In this document: piece after piece, positions 12,731 to 25,300 of the stretch | How the letters are laid out: every line of letters begins with the position of its first letter | Numbering within the stretch: position 1 is the stretch's first letter | From: Leucoraja erinacea | Lineage: Eukaryota | DNA length: 64,000 nt | Assembly: GCF_028641065.1 (NCBI RefSeq) | Contig: NC_073414.1 | Coordinates: 1,426,001 to 1,490,000 of the forward strand | Direction of reading: 5' to 3' | Program-made: the position numbers and the translations under genes | Notes under the pieces: model-generated | Database searches by the model: none | What the model was told of the DNA's origin: nothing | What the model saw: the letters and a program-made list of their open reading frames with translations, nothing else

Positions 12731-13029
12731 CCATCTTTAAATTCCATTTGGAATATTTTGGAGGGCCAAGAAACCAAGAACCAAGCCGAGAATTCTATTC
12801 CTAGGAGCGCAGGAGGATGAGGGGTGATCTTATGGAGGTGTACAAAATCATGAGAGGAATAGATTGGGTAAACATGCAGAGTTGGGGAATCGAGGACCAG
12901 AGGAAGAAGGATCAAGAAGGAACTGCAGATGCTGGAAAAATCGAAGGTAGACAAAAATGCTGCAGAAACTCAGCGGGAGAGGCAGCATCTATGGAGCGAA
13001 GGAATAGGTGACGTTTCGGGTCGAGATAG

Positions 13030-15360
13030 CACTTAACAGTTGGAAAACATCTCTACCATGCACTGTAGATGGAATCTCTGGAGCAGCTAATATCACGGAG
13101 TTATGGGGAAAATATTATAGTACTTGATTCAACTGTGTCCAAGGTGACTTGTATCGGGTGGACAATATGGAGAATAATGACTCAATGGTGATTATGTCAC
13201 ATGAGGTGTAGCATGCCATGAACAAGCTGTCCAACAACAAAGCAAGTGGCTTGGATCATATCTCTGCTGATCATCTTAAGCATGCGAGTATGAGGATAGC
13301 TCCTCTCCTTGCTATTTGTTTCACTGGCTTTATGATTCATGGCTTGTTACCAGACTCAATGTTGTCTGTCCTGTTAGTGCCGGTCATTAAGGACAAAGCT
13401 GGTAAACTAGGCAGCCTAAATAATTACAGGCCCATAGCTTTAGCCAGCATATTGTCAAATGTTTTAGAGAGAGTTCTGCTGGAGTAAATGAGTTTGTTAA
13501 CTCCACAGATAACCAGTTTGGTTTTAAAGCTAAACATGGCACTGACTTATGCGTATATGCCCTAAAGGAGATTGTAAACAAATATAGAGGCAAAAACTCT
13601 ACAATCCTCATGTGCTTTATTGATGCTTCCAAAGCCTTAGACCGTGTTAATTACAGAAAGCTGTTTGGTAAAATGAGTCAAGGAGGGGTGCCTAAATACA
13701 TTGTTAGAATTCTGGCCTACTGGTATGCCCACCAGACTATGCAAATAAAATGGAGCAAGAGGGTATCAGCCCCATTTGGGGTTAGCAATGGTGTTAGACA
13801 AGGGGGAATTTTGTCCCCAGTCCTTTTTAATCTATATATTGATGATCTGTCTAAACAATTGAAAGCCTGCAACACTGGGTGCGTGATTGGTAATATTTTA
13901 GTGAACCATATTATGTATGCAGATGATCTTGTGGTCTTTAGTTCATCTAGCGCTGGTCTCCAGCACCTCCTTACTATATGTTCTGTGTATGGTGTGGAAC
14001 ATGACATTAAATCTAATGCTAGTAAGAGTGCTGTTATGATCTGTAGAACCAAAGAGGATAAATGTCTAAAATATCCTGATTTTAAATTGTCTGACAATAA
14101 TCTTAGTGTCTGTAATAAGGTTAAATATCTAGGGCATATTATTACAGAACAAATGACAGATGATATAACCATATAACCATATAACAATCACAGCAATTTT
14201 TTTCCCCTCAGTCCCACCTGCCTGCACTCATACCATAACCCTCCATTCCCTTCTCATCCATATGCCTATCCAATTTATTTTTAAATGATACCAATGAACC
14301 TGCCTCCACCACTTCCACTGGAAGCTCATTCCACACCGCTACCACTCTCTCAGTAAAGAAGTTCCCCCTCATATTACCCCTAAACTTCTGTCCCTTAATT
14401 CTGAAGTCATGTCCTCTTGTTTGAAACCTCCCTATTCTCAAAGGGAAAAGCTTGTCCACATCGACTCTGTCTATCCCTCTCATCATTTTAAAGACCTCTA
14501 TCAAGTCCCCCCTCAACCTTCTGCGCTCCAGAGAATAAAGACCTAACTTATTCAACCTATCTCTGTAACTGATGGTGGGATATTTATAGGCAACGACGCA
14601 TGATGTATGTACAGGCGAATATTCTCTTGCGTAAATTTGGAGCGTGTACAGATGTGGTGAAGATGTCGCTGTTTCGAGCATATTGCACATCACTCTACAC
14701 TGCGCACCTGTGGTCAAACTACGGAAAGACAAGCTTACAGAGACTAAAGGTGTCATATAATGATGCCATGAGAACACTGCTCAAGGAACCTAGATGGTGT
14801 AGTGCTAGTAATATGTTTGTGGCTGCAGGAGTCAGCACTCCTAAGTCAGCTATCCTAAGAAATCTTACGTATAAATTCATCTGCAGGATAAATGACTCTA
14901 AAAATGTAATTATTGTGGCCTTGTCAAACATAAAGTTTAGCACCACATGCTACCAATCCCAGCTGTGGAGACACTGGTATCACTGTCTCAATAGACAATA
15001 GACAATAGGTGCAGGAGTAGAGGCCATTCGGCCCTTTGAGCCAGCACCGCCATTCAATGTGATCATGGCTGATCATCCCCAATCAGTACCCCGTTCCTGC
15101 CTTCTCCCCATATCCCCTGACTCCGCTATCTTTAAGAGGAGTTTTAAGTCTCGTTGTAGGACATTGATCATTCTTTTTTATTCTGGATTTTAATTAACGT
15201 ATTGTGTTTTTAAAAAAAAATGTAATTTATAATGCTTTTATAAGTGATATACTAAGATTTTAAATGTACTTGATGGTGTTTTTATATGCAATGTATTTTA
15301 ATGTAATGTTGTCCCTTGTCTGAACCTTGAGTCCGAAAAAATTAATTAACTAATTAATGA
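13030..15360 (+). mobile_element. RTE/RTEX-like non-LTR retrotransposon, 5'-truncated and frameshifted, with nested insertions
   Basis: RT motifs KASGLD.I, NYRPIAL, QFGFK..HGT, CFIDASKA.DRV, GVRQGGILSP.LFN.YIDDL, YADDLV and KYLG. Continues at 14577-15000 after an inserted LINE piece. Confidence 0.8.
14165..14570 (-). mobile_element. HER1/CR1-type LINE 3' fragment nested in the RTE-like element
   Basis: Encodes YRDRLNKLGLYSLERRRLRGDLIEVFK...FFTERVV.VWN.LP; (ggttatat)n tail. Confidence 0.85.
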
Positions 15361-16162
15361 ATTAATTGGGGGGGAAAAAATAGGAGCAGGATTCAGCCAT
15401 TCGGCCCATCAAGTCTACTCCACCATTCAATCATGGCTGATCTATCTCTCCCTCTCAACCCCATTCTCCTGCCTTCTCCCCATAACCCCTGACACCTGTA
15501 CTAATCAAGACCCCATCGATGGTGCAGCCAAAGCAATTCTATACAAAGAAAGGCATTTGGCTGTTTGATCTCTGAACACCAAACTCCAGACTACAGTTTG
15601 GTTTGGTAGTAAATCTGAAAATGGGAATCTATTGACAGTGAAAAAGCATTTTGTAACTAGGCATAGAATAGTTTAAATTCACCTCCAGTTTAAATTCCAT
15701 TTGGAATATTTTGGAAGACCAAAAAAACAAGATCTCCACTTTAAAAATACCCAATGACGTGGCCTAGACTGCCGTCTGTGGCAATCAATTCCTCAGATTA
15801 ACCAGCCCTTTGTATTTCTCCCTTCAATCTCATTCCCAATTGACAAACCATTTTCATTTGGGGGCTGCGGACCCCCAGCAGGACCAAATACAAGACCCGT
15901 CAAAGGTCGGATGAGCTCCTAGCGAGCCAACGGCCATCCACACCTCAGTAGAAGTTGTGATCACTGTTGTACATAGCACAACTGTCATAGACAACATGAA
16001 ATGTAATTCTTCCCTCTCCTTGAGAAGTCGTGAATTTAATTTTAAATGGTTACGTTTTTGATTTTGTAAAATCAGAATATCTTAACCCTGACTCATCGCT
16101 ACAAGAAAACGTACAATATGAATCTTTTGCTGAGCGCGAAAAATAAATGTTTTAGTCAGTAC

Positions 16163-16400
16163 CTTGTGGAGCTGTGAGGTTGGAGAAGGCTGCGGTGTGG
16201 GTCTGGTCTGGTCTATAGTCCGTATACAAACTCCGGCCAGTTGTGTCCAAGTGTGATGCTCAGCGCAGGCAGGGTGGAACAGTCTCCTCAGTGATTGTGT
16301 TGTTTGCTGATGCTGTAAGTCACGCACACACTGTCTGCATCGGTGGCAGGAAGCTGACGTGAGGAGGTTGGTTGCAACCCCACATGACGTGCAGCAGTTT
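16163..16400 (-). promoter_or_regulatory. Candidate non-coding first exon/promoter of the G2A-like gene
   Basis: Repeat-free island with a minus-strand donor AAG|gtactg at 16163/16162, two TGACGT CRE-like sites (16355-16360, 16385-16390) and a GGAAG ETS core. Inferred only. Confidence 0.35.
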
Positions 16401-18276
16401 CGCTCAGTGCTCGACAGAGACCTAACGCTGGTCAGAACGCACGCCAGCTTCTCAATTCATCTGTGGCTTCTCGATGCACCACTGCACAAAGCCACAGGTT
16501 GAGTCAGGGCAAGCTGTCGAGTTGTCAACATGAGGGAGGAGTTCTTACACACACATGCCCCCTGTGGGCACTGCCCTTCAATCTCTCGCCCACTCCTNNN
16601 NNNNNNNNNNNNNNNNNNNNNNNNNNNNNNNNNNNNNNNNNNNNNNNNNNNNNNNNNNNNNNNNNNNNNNNNNNNNNNNNNNNNNNNNNNNNNNNNNNNN
16701 NNNNNNNNNNNNNNNNNNNNNNNNNNNNNNNNNNNNNNNNNNNNNNNNNNNNNNNNNNNNNNNNNNNNNNNNNNNNNNNNNNNNNNNNNNNNNNNNNNNN
16801 NNNNNNNNNNNNNNNNNNNNNNNNNNNNNNNNNNNNNNNNNNNNNNNNNNNNNNNNNNNNNNNNNNNNNNNNNNNNNNNNNNNNNNNNNNNNNNNNNNNN
16901 NNNNNNNNNNNNNNNNNNNNNNNNNNNNNNNNNNNNNNNNNNNNNNNNNNNNNNNNNNNNNNNNNNNNNNNNNNNNNNNNNNNNNNNNNNNNNNNNNNNN
17001 NNNNNNNNNNNNNNNNNNNNNNNNNNNNNNNNNNNNNNNNNNNNNNNNNNNNNNNNNNNNNNNNNNNNNNNNNNTGCCTGGGTGCGTGTGTGCGTGTGTC
17101 CAGACCAGCCTATGGTGCATCCTGCAGTCAAATAGCCAGGACACCAAAGCTGGATTGAACATTGATGACAATATCAGCCCCTTCCACAACTGCAGGGAGA
17201 GGCAATCAGGCAACTGAACCATCCTACCCCAACTAGAGAGCAGTACTGAACTACTATCTACCTCATTGGTGACCCTTGGACTATCCTTGATCGGACTTTG
17301 CTGGCTTTACATTGCACTAAACATTATTCCTTTTATCCTGTATCTGTACACTGTGGACGGCTCGATTGTAATCATGTATTGTCTTTCCTCTGACTGGTTA
17401 GCACGCAACAAAAGCTTTGACAATATAGATTGAACTGGGGAAGGAGGGGGGGAGATTTACAAAAAATCCCATCTGAAGGTCAGATCCAGTGACTGAGATC
17501 AGAAACCCACTGAGGAGATATTTTTCGTCATTCAGAGCATGGAGAGTTTGTAGATTTCCCAGACTTACGCACAATATTCAAGAACCTATCAAACTCCACT
17601 TTAATGTCCCTCAGGTACACAACAAGATTAATCTTAGGACGTGAATAATGAAAGAATATTTTCCCCTGACGTTCCAGAAAAACGTCGGGAGTTTTTAACC
17701 ACAGGACCGACATGTTTGACCCGCCCACCCCCTCTCCCCACCAACATCCAAGGTGACATGGAGTGACTGTGCAGATCGCAGTCTGTGCAGATCACATCCG
17801 TTTGTGGTCAACTATCAGATGGCAACAGATGGACACAAAATGGTGGAATAACTCAGCTGGGCAGGCAGCATCTCTGGAGAGAAGGAATAGAAACATAGAA
17901 AACATAGAAATTAGGTGCAGGAGTAGAGGCCATTCGGCCCTTCGAGCCTGCACCGCCATTCAATATGATCATGGCTGATCATCCAACTCAGTATCCCGCA
18001 CCTGCCTTCTCTCCATACCCCCTGATCCCCTTAGCCACAAGGGCCCACATCTAACTCCCTCTTAAATATAGCCAATGAACTGGCCTCAACTACCCTCTGC
18101 GGCAGAGAGTTCCAGAGATTCACCACTCTCTGTGTGAAAAAAGTTCTTCTCATCTCGGTTTTAAAGGATTTCCCCCTTATCCTTAAGCTGTAATAGGTGA
18201 CTTTTCGGGTCGAGACCCTTCTTCAGACTGAGAGTCAGGTCAAGCCAAGTCACATTTATTTCTATAGCACATTTAT

Positions 18277-18748
18277 TTGTTATTTGTTTTTAAATCTCTC
18301 AATGGGCTCGCCCCGCCTTACCTCTCTGAGCTGCTCCACCCATACGCTCCTGCCCGGTCCCTCAGGTCAGCTGGTCAGCTGCTCCTGGAGGTACCGAGGT
18401 CTAGTCGGAGGCTCAGAGGGGATAGAGCCTTCTCTGTTGCTGCTCCGGCACTCTGGAACACCCTGCCGTTGCACATCAGACAGGCCCCCTCACTGTCCAT
18501 CTTCAAATCCAGTGTTAAAACACATTTGTACTCCCTGGCTTTTGACCATGCCTGAGGCTTTGCTTCTGTTTTTGGTGTTTTTGATGTTTCTTTATTTTAC
18601 TTGTCTTTTCCCACTATTTCTTTTGATTGTTATTTTTGGTGTGTATTAACTTTTTTGTCAATGATTAGTGATGTACAGCACTTTGTTGCAGCTATGATTG
18701 TTTTTAAAGTGCTCTATAAATTAAATTATTATTATTATTAATTATTAT
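18277..18748 (+). mobile_element. L2-clade LINE 3' end
   Basis: Encodes FKSLNGLAPPYLSELL..Y.PARSLRS...LL.VPR.....GDRAFSVAAP.LWN.LP..IR....LS.FKS.VKTHLY; (att)n tail. Confidence 0.85.
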
Positions 18749-19199
18749 TTAAAAAACAACTCTCATTGCCCAAAGTGCTTTACATTGGTGGAGGTACTAA
18801 CGCTATACAACATTGGTTCATAGATTAAATACACACATCATTTCTGGGGAGAGGGGACCGAGATGTATGTAAAGATACATAGAATAAATTAATGAAGATA
18901 AACAAACTGACAGATCAAGTCAAGATTCAAGAGTCATGGGTCCCAGATAGGACAATGAAATTCTTGCTTCCTGCGGCACAACAGGATATGTAGTCATAAA
19001 TACAGAACAGATCAGTGTGGCCATATACCATATCTATACACACATCAGAAAACAGATAAAGAGTTCATCAGTTCAAGTGAGTTCATTGTTATGTGTCCCT
19101 GATAGGACAATGAAATTCTTGCTTTGCTTCAGCACAACAGAACATAGTAGGCATGAATACAGAACAGATCAGTGTGTCCATATACCATTATGTACGTAT

Positions 19200-19600
19200 A
19201 TACACACATGAATAAATAAACTCATAAAGTGCAAATAACAGATAATGGGCTATTAATGTTCAGAGCTTTGTCCGAGCCAGATTTAATAGCCTGATGGCTG
19301 TGGGGAAGTAGCTATTCCTGAACCTGGACGTTGCAGTCTTCAGGCTCCTGTACCTTCTACCTGAAGGTAGCGGGGAGATGAGTGTGTGGCCAGGATGGTG
19401 TGTGGGTCTTTGATGATACTGCCAGCCTTTTTGAGGCAGCGACTGCGATAGATCCCCTCGATGGAAGGAAGGTCAGAGCCGATGATGGACTGGGCAGTGT
19501 TTACTACTTTTTGTAGTCTCTTCCTCTCCAGGGCGCTCAAGTTGCCGAACCAAGCCACGATGCAACCGGTCAGCATGCTCTCTACTGTGCACCTGTAGAG
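19200..19600 (-). mobile_element. Rex1/Babar-type LINE 3' fragment
   Basis: Encodes YRCTVESMLTGCIVAWFGN....RKRLQKVV.TAQ.IIG..LPSIE.IY..RCL.KA.SIIKDP.H. Confidence 0.8.
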
Positions 19601-20959
19601 GTTAGAGTTCAAGCCCCACCACAGCTGCTGAACATCTGTCTCATCCTCCAGCTTGGAGCAGAAACGTCACCTATCCATGTTCTCCACAGATGCTGCCTGA
19701 CCCGCTGAGTTACTCCAGCACTTAATGTAGTTTTTGTAAACCAGGATCTGCAGTTGCTTGTTTCTGCATCACAAGTACCTACATGGGGCGCTACCTTATA
19801 AAGGATCATCACGGATGCCCGCTGTCTGGGCCATGTCTTGTTCTCACTGCTACTGTCGGCAGGAGGTGCAGAAGCCTCAAGTCCCACATCACCAGGTTAG
19901 AAATATAGAAACCTAGAAAACAGGTGCAAGAGGAGGCCATTTGGCCCTTCACGCCAGCATCGCCACTCGATATGATCATGGCTGATCATCCAAAATCAGT
20001 ACCCCGTTCCTGCTTTCTCCCCATATCCCTTGCTTCCGTTAGCCCTAAGAGCTAAATCTAACTCTCTCGAAAACATCGAGTGAATTGGTCTCCAGTGATG
20101 GAGATTTCCGCAGATTCTAAAACTCTCTAGGTGAAAAAGTTTTTCCTCATCTCGGTGCTAAATGGCCAGGCTCTCATTCTTAAGCTGTGTGTGACCCCAG
20201 GTTCTGGACTCCCCCAACATGGGGAACGTGTTTCCTGCAATTCCTTGTGACAATATGACACTACCCTTGACTTGAGTTGACTTGGTTCTGGCCGTTGTTC
20301 AAGAACGTCATGGTGTTGATGACATTACTTCTGTTAACTAACATTACCGGTAAGTTAGAATTGAAAAATAAATACCCATGCAAATACCTTGGTCTAGTTG
20401 ACTAGATCATTCATAATCACCTCACCACAAAGCACAGGATGAATTGAGAAAAGTGAGCAGCGCTCAGTTTCACTTTGTCAGAAAGTTAGTCTACACAGCA
20501 AACTCATTCCTTGCTAATTCAAGTGAAAGGAACTGCAAATGCTGGTTTATACCAAAGATAGACACAAAATACTGGAGTAACTCAGCGGGTCAGACACAAA
20601 AGTGCTGGAGTAACTCAGCGGGTCAGACACAAAATACTGGAGTAACTCAGCGGGTCAGGCAGCATCTCTGGAGAACATGAATAGATTAATAAAAATAATA
20701 TTTGAATTGAAAAAATAAGATTTGAAGAAGAACTATCTTTAATTGGACATTATCATATTTCAATATTATATCTTTGCACTAATTGCTGTATACTTGATCC
20801 TGTCTGTACACTGGGGAAGGCTTGATTGTAATCATATAGTCTTTTCATTGACTGGATAGCAAGCAAAGAAAATCTTTTCACTGTATCTTAGTGTGTGTGA
20901 CACTAATAATCTACAGTAAACTAAAACATGTAGGAAGGAACCGCAGATGCTGCTTGACA

Positions 20960-21860
20960 CCGAAGATAGACACAGAGTGCTGGAGTAACTCAGCGGGTCA
21001 GGCAGCATCTGTGGAGAACATGGATAGGTGACGTTTCACAGAGTGCTGGAGTAACTCAGCGGGTCAGGCAGCATCTATGGAGCTAAGGAAATAGGCAACG
21101 TTTCGGGCCGAAACCCGTAAGGGTTTCGGCCCAAAACGTTGCCTATTTCCAGAAGGATTTCGGCCCGAAACGTTGCCTATTTCCATAGCTCCATAGATGC
21201 TGCTGCACCATAACTCAGCGGGTCAGGCAGCATTTGTGGAGAACATGGATAGGTGATGTTTCACAGAGTGCTGGAGTAACTCAGCGGGTCAGGCAGCATC
21301 TGTGGAGGACATGGATAGGTGACGTTTCACAGAGTGCTGGAGTAACTCAGCGGGTCAGGCAGCATCTGTGGAGAACATGGATAGGTGACGTTTCACAGAG
21401 TGCTGGAGTAACTCAGCGGGTCAGGCAGCATCTGTGGAGAACATGGATAGGTGACGTTTCACAGAGTGCTGGAGTAACTCAGCGGGTACAGCAGCATCTA
21501 TGGAGCTAAGGAAATAGGCAACGTTTCGGGCCGAAACCCTTCCGGGTTTCGGCCCGAAACGTTGCCTATTTCCAGAAGGGTTTCGGCCCGAAACGTTGCC
21601 TATTTCCTTAGCTCCATAGATGCTGCTGCACCATAACTCAGCGGGTCAGGCAACATCTGTGGAGAACATGGATAGGTGACGTTTCACAGAGTGCATAACT
21701 CAGTGGGTCAGGCAGCATCTGTGGAGAGACATGGATAGGTGACGTTTCACAGAGTGCTGGAGTAACTCAGCGGGTCAGGCAGCATCTGTGGAGAACATGG
21801 ATAGGTGACGTTTCACAGAGTGCTGGAGTAACTCAGCGGGTCAGGCAGCATCTGTGGAGA
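20960..21860 (-). repeat. Tandem array of a 66-bp PLE terminal-repeat unit
   Basis: Unit cacagagtgctggagtaactcagcgggtcaggcagcatctgtggagaacatggataggtgacgttt repeated ~9 times, interrupted twice by the same fold-back insert. Confidence 0.9.
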
Positions 21861-24164
21861 GAAGGAATGGAAATGAAATGGAATGAAATTAAAACAGTTT
21901 TGCCACTTTCAAAGAACCATGTGGTTGGACTCTCGGTCTCACTAATGTCCTGTTTCCTTGAACAGAATCTTTTTACTCTGTCTTGCAGAATTAATGTATC
22001 ATTTATGCTTTGTGTGTAGTCTGAGTCGATGTGCCTGAGATGCTGCAGCAAGCAAGGTTTTCATTGTACCTGTATCTCACCGTACCTGTACAGGTGACGA
22101 TAAACTCCACCTGACCTAGTCACTACCATTTACTGATCACCCTCAACACCCCAAACTTGTCAGGGTTAAATTATGAAGCCCTCAAGCCATGCTGCCTCTC
22201 CCTAACCTGTCCCAATAACAGGTGCTTAGCTGCAGAAAATGTTGAACCATTAAGTTTGTAGATACAGCATGGAAACAGGCCCTTCGGCCCGCTGAGCCCA
22301 TGCCAACCATCGATCACCCGTTCACACTAGTTCTATGTTAGCCCACTCCTTCATCCACTCCCTACACACCAGAGGGGGCAATTTGCAGAGGGACCATTTC
22401 CCTACAAACCCGCACATCTTTGGAGTGTGGGATGAAACCGGAGCACCCGGAGGAAACCCACGTGGTCACAGGAAGAACGTGCAAACACCACACAGACAGA
22501 AGCTGAGGTCAGGATGGAACCTGGATCTTTGGCGCTGTGAGGCAGAGGCTCTACCCGCTAAACCACCACCCTGCCGGTCTGGCAAGAATATTGGCAATTT
22601 CTGGTGTTAATTTTGCCAGTAAGTAGCTTGCCAATTTCTGAGTGCACATGGCTGTTAATATATCATTGAGTTCAGTGAAACTGTCCCTGTTAAAGTGGAA
22701 GTTCATTTCAGTTTATCCACACTTGCAAACTCACTGAAGTCTGTTTCTCGGAAGAAATGATTCATAACCGTTCCAACTCAGCCAGCAACGGTTCAGAAGT
22801 GCTCATTCATTGTGTGAAGACTGTCGTGAGGCATTTTGTCTGTGAAACTCACCAGTCCCACCCCAGTCACTCCCTCCTCCCCTCTCTCATCCAGCAAGAG
22901 GTACAGAAGTGTGAAAACAAACGCACACACCTCCAGATTCAGGGACAGTTTCTTCCCGGCTGTTATCAGGCAACTGAACCATCCCACCACAACCAGAGAG
23001 CAGTCCTGAACTCCCATCTACCTCATAGGAGCTTTAATCAGACTTTATCTTACACTAAACATTATTCCCTGTAGACTGTATCTTCTTCTTGTGTATGGCG
23101 TGCATAGCCTAAAGTTGTAGGACAACTTGTTCTATTTCATCATATTTGATTGTGCATGCCAGGTTGATTGCATTCGTCGAAACTGGGTGGACCACGTGGA
23201 GGTTGCAATCTCCCACCCTAGGCCCCCCTCTATCCTGTATAAGTACACTGTGGATGGCTTGATTGTAAACATACAAACATAGACAATAGGTGCAGGAGTA
23301 GGCCATTCAACCCTTCGAGCCAGCACCGCCATTCAATATGATCATGGCTGATAATCCACAATCTGTACCCCGTTCCTGCTTTTTCCCCCATATCCCCTGA
23401 TTCCGTTAGCCCCAAAAGCTAAATCTAACTCTCTCTTGAAAACATCCAGTGAATCGGCCTCCACTGCCTTCTGTGGCAGAGAGTTCCACAGATTGGTGCA
23501 AAACAAAATCATGAATAATCTTATAGAAACTTACAAAATTCTTAAGGGGTTGGACAGGCTAGATGCAGGAAGATTGTTCCCGATGTTGGGGAAGTCCAGA
23601 ACTAGGGGTAACAGTTTAAGGATAAGGGGGAAATCTTTTAGGACCGAGATGAGAAATACATTTTTCACACAGAGAGTGGTGAATCTGTGGAATTCTCTGC
23701 CGCAAAAGGTAGTTGAGGCCACAGTTCATTGGCTATATTTAATATGTGGCCCTTGTGGCTAAAGGGATCAGGGGGTATGGAGAGAAGGCAGGGATGGGAT
23801 ACTGAGTTGGATGATCAGCCATGATCATATTGAATGGCGGTGCAGGCTCGAAGGGCTGAATGGCCTCTACTCCTGCACCTATTTTCTATGTTCCGATGTT
23901 TCCGCTGACTGGTTAGCATGCAACATAAAGCGTTTTACTGCACCTCGCTGTATGTGTAAATAAGTGTGTGTTCAGGGGTGTCTTTGAAGAACTATCCCTG
24001 CCCCAATAGCACAGGGTGGTACAACTCCACTCTCCCAAAAAATATGTTTTCCTCTTCCTGTAACGTTGGTCTCAGTATGGACTCAGTGGGCCGAAGGGCC
24101 TGGTTCCATGCTGTACACTACAGTATCTCTAAACTAAATTAAACACTAAGAGAATGGGGAATTT

Positions 24165-24460
24165 TTTTCTCATCCTGGGAGCAGATGCGGCGTAGACGGA
24201 GGAATTGGGAGCAGGGGATGGAGTCCTTACAGGAAGCAGGATGGGAGGAAGTGTAGTCCAGATAGCCATGGGAGTCAGTGGGTTTATAGTGGATGTCAGT
24301 CAGTAGTCTATCATCTGCGGTGGAGATAGTGAGGTCAAAAAATGGTAGGGAAGTGTCAGAAATGGTCATGGTGTATGTTTTTCAGTGCTGGATGGAAGTT
24401 AGTGGTGAAATGGATGAAGTTAGTGAGTTGTGTGTTTTCTCATCCTGGGTCCAGATGAGG
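24165..24460 (-). mobile_element. Penelope-like element reverse transcriptase (C-terminal/thumb) fragment
   Basis: Encodes LPFFDL.I......TDIHYKPTDSHGYLDY.SSHP.SCK.SIP.SQFLRLRRICS, characteristic of PLE RTs. Confidence 0.85.
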
Positions 24461-24472
24461 AGGAGACAGAGT

Positions 24473-24500
24473 CTGAAGAAGGGTCTCGACCCGAAACGTT
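24473..24500 (+). ncRNA. Minimal type I hammerhead ribozyme motif (PLE-associated)
   Basis: CTGAAGA-A-GGGT-CTCG-ACCC-GAAAC-GTT: core boxes, stem II hairpin and palindromic AACGTT stem III. Confidence 0.6.
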
Positions 24501-24564
24501 GCCTATTTCCTTCGCTCCATAGATGCTGCCTCACCCGCTGAGTTTCTCCAGCACTTTTATCTTA

Positions 24565-24840
24565 TGCCCCTGTCCCACTTAGGAAACCTGAACGGAAACC
24601 TCTGGAGACTTTGCGCCCCACCCAAGGTTTCCGTGAGGTTCCCGGAGGTTTTTGTCAGTCTCCCTACCTGCTTCCACTACCTGCAACCTCCGGCAACCAC
24701 CTGCAACCTCCGGGAACCACCTGCAACCTCCGGCAACCACCTGCAACCTCCGGCAACCTCTGGGAACCGCACGGAAACCTTGGGTGGGGAGCAAAGTCTC
24801 CAGAGGTTTCCGTTCAGGTTTCCTAAGTGGGACAGGGGCA
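24565..24840. mobile_element. PIF/Harbinger-type MITE
   Basis: ~70-bp near-perfect TIRs (tgcccctgtcccacttaggaaacc...), TTA duplication at 24562-24564 and 24841-24843, and an internal 20-bp tandem cctgcaacctccggcaacca. Confidence 0.85.
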
Positions 24841-25300
24841 TTACTTAGAGATTGGAATGACTTTTGTTCAATATTGCCACCTACAGGAAGGGGGCAGCAC
24901 AGAAGGACACATACATGGCAATGAAGACCACATCAATGTATTAGAAAACAAGGTCACAGACCCATAGAACATCACTAACTCAGAGTACTTTCAATTGTGG
25001 CCACTGTGGCAGATTCTGACGTTCTAGGGTGAGTTATTGAATCATCGAGTCAAGTGCAGGTACAATGTTGTCTCACTAAAGGTGGAGGTCCCATAGCAGG
25101 AGCGGCCATGTGGCAGGGCGGGAGACTGGAAGTATCCTGAGCTAATTCTGCTACCACCATCATCTATTGCAACAAGTGATGGCTCCCACTGATTGTCACC
25201 GAAATGGCACTGGTTTAGATGAGGCATCTTGGTTGGGATGGAGTAGTTGGGCCGAAGGGCCTGTTTCCATGCTGTATCACTCTACGATCTTATAACTTGT

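Noticed and set aside
11939-12954. Long Gly/Arg/Glu-rich and Pro/Leu/Ser-rich ORFs
   Set aside because: Artefacts of a polypurine tract that lacks stop codons.
20960-21860. CRISPR array or repeat-protein ORF (WRTWIGDVSQSAGVTQRVRQHL)n
   Set aside because: Head-to-tail units without unique spacers, derived from PLE terminal repeats.
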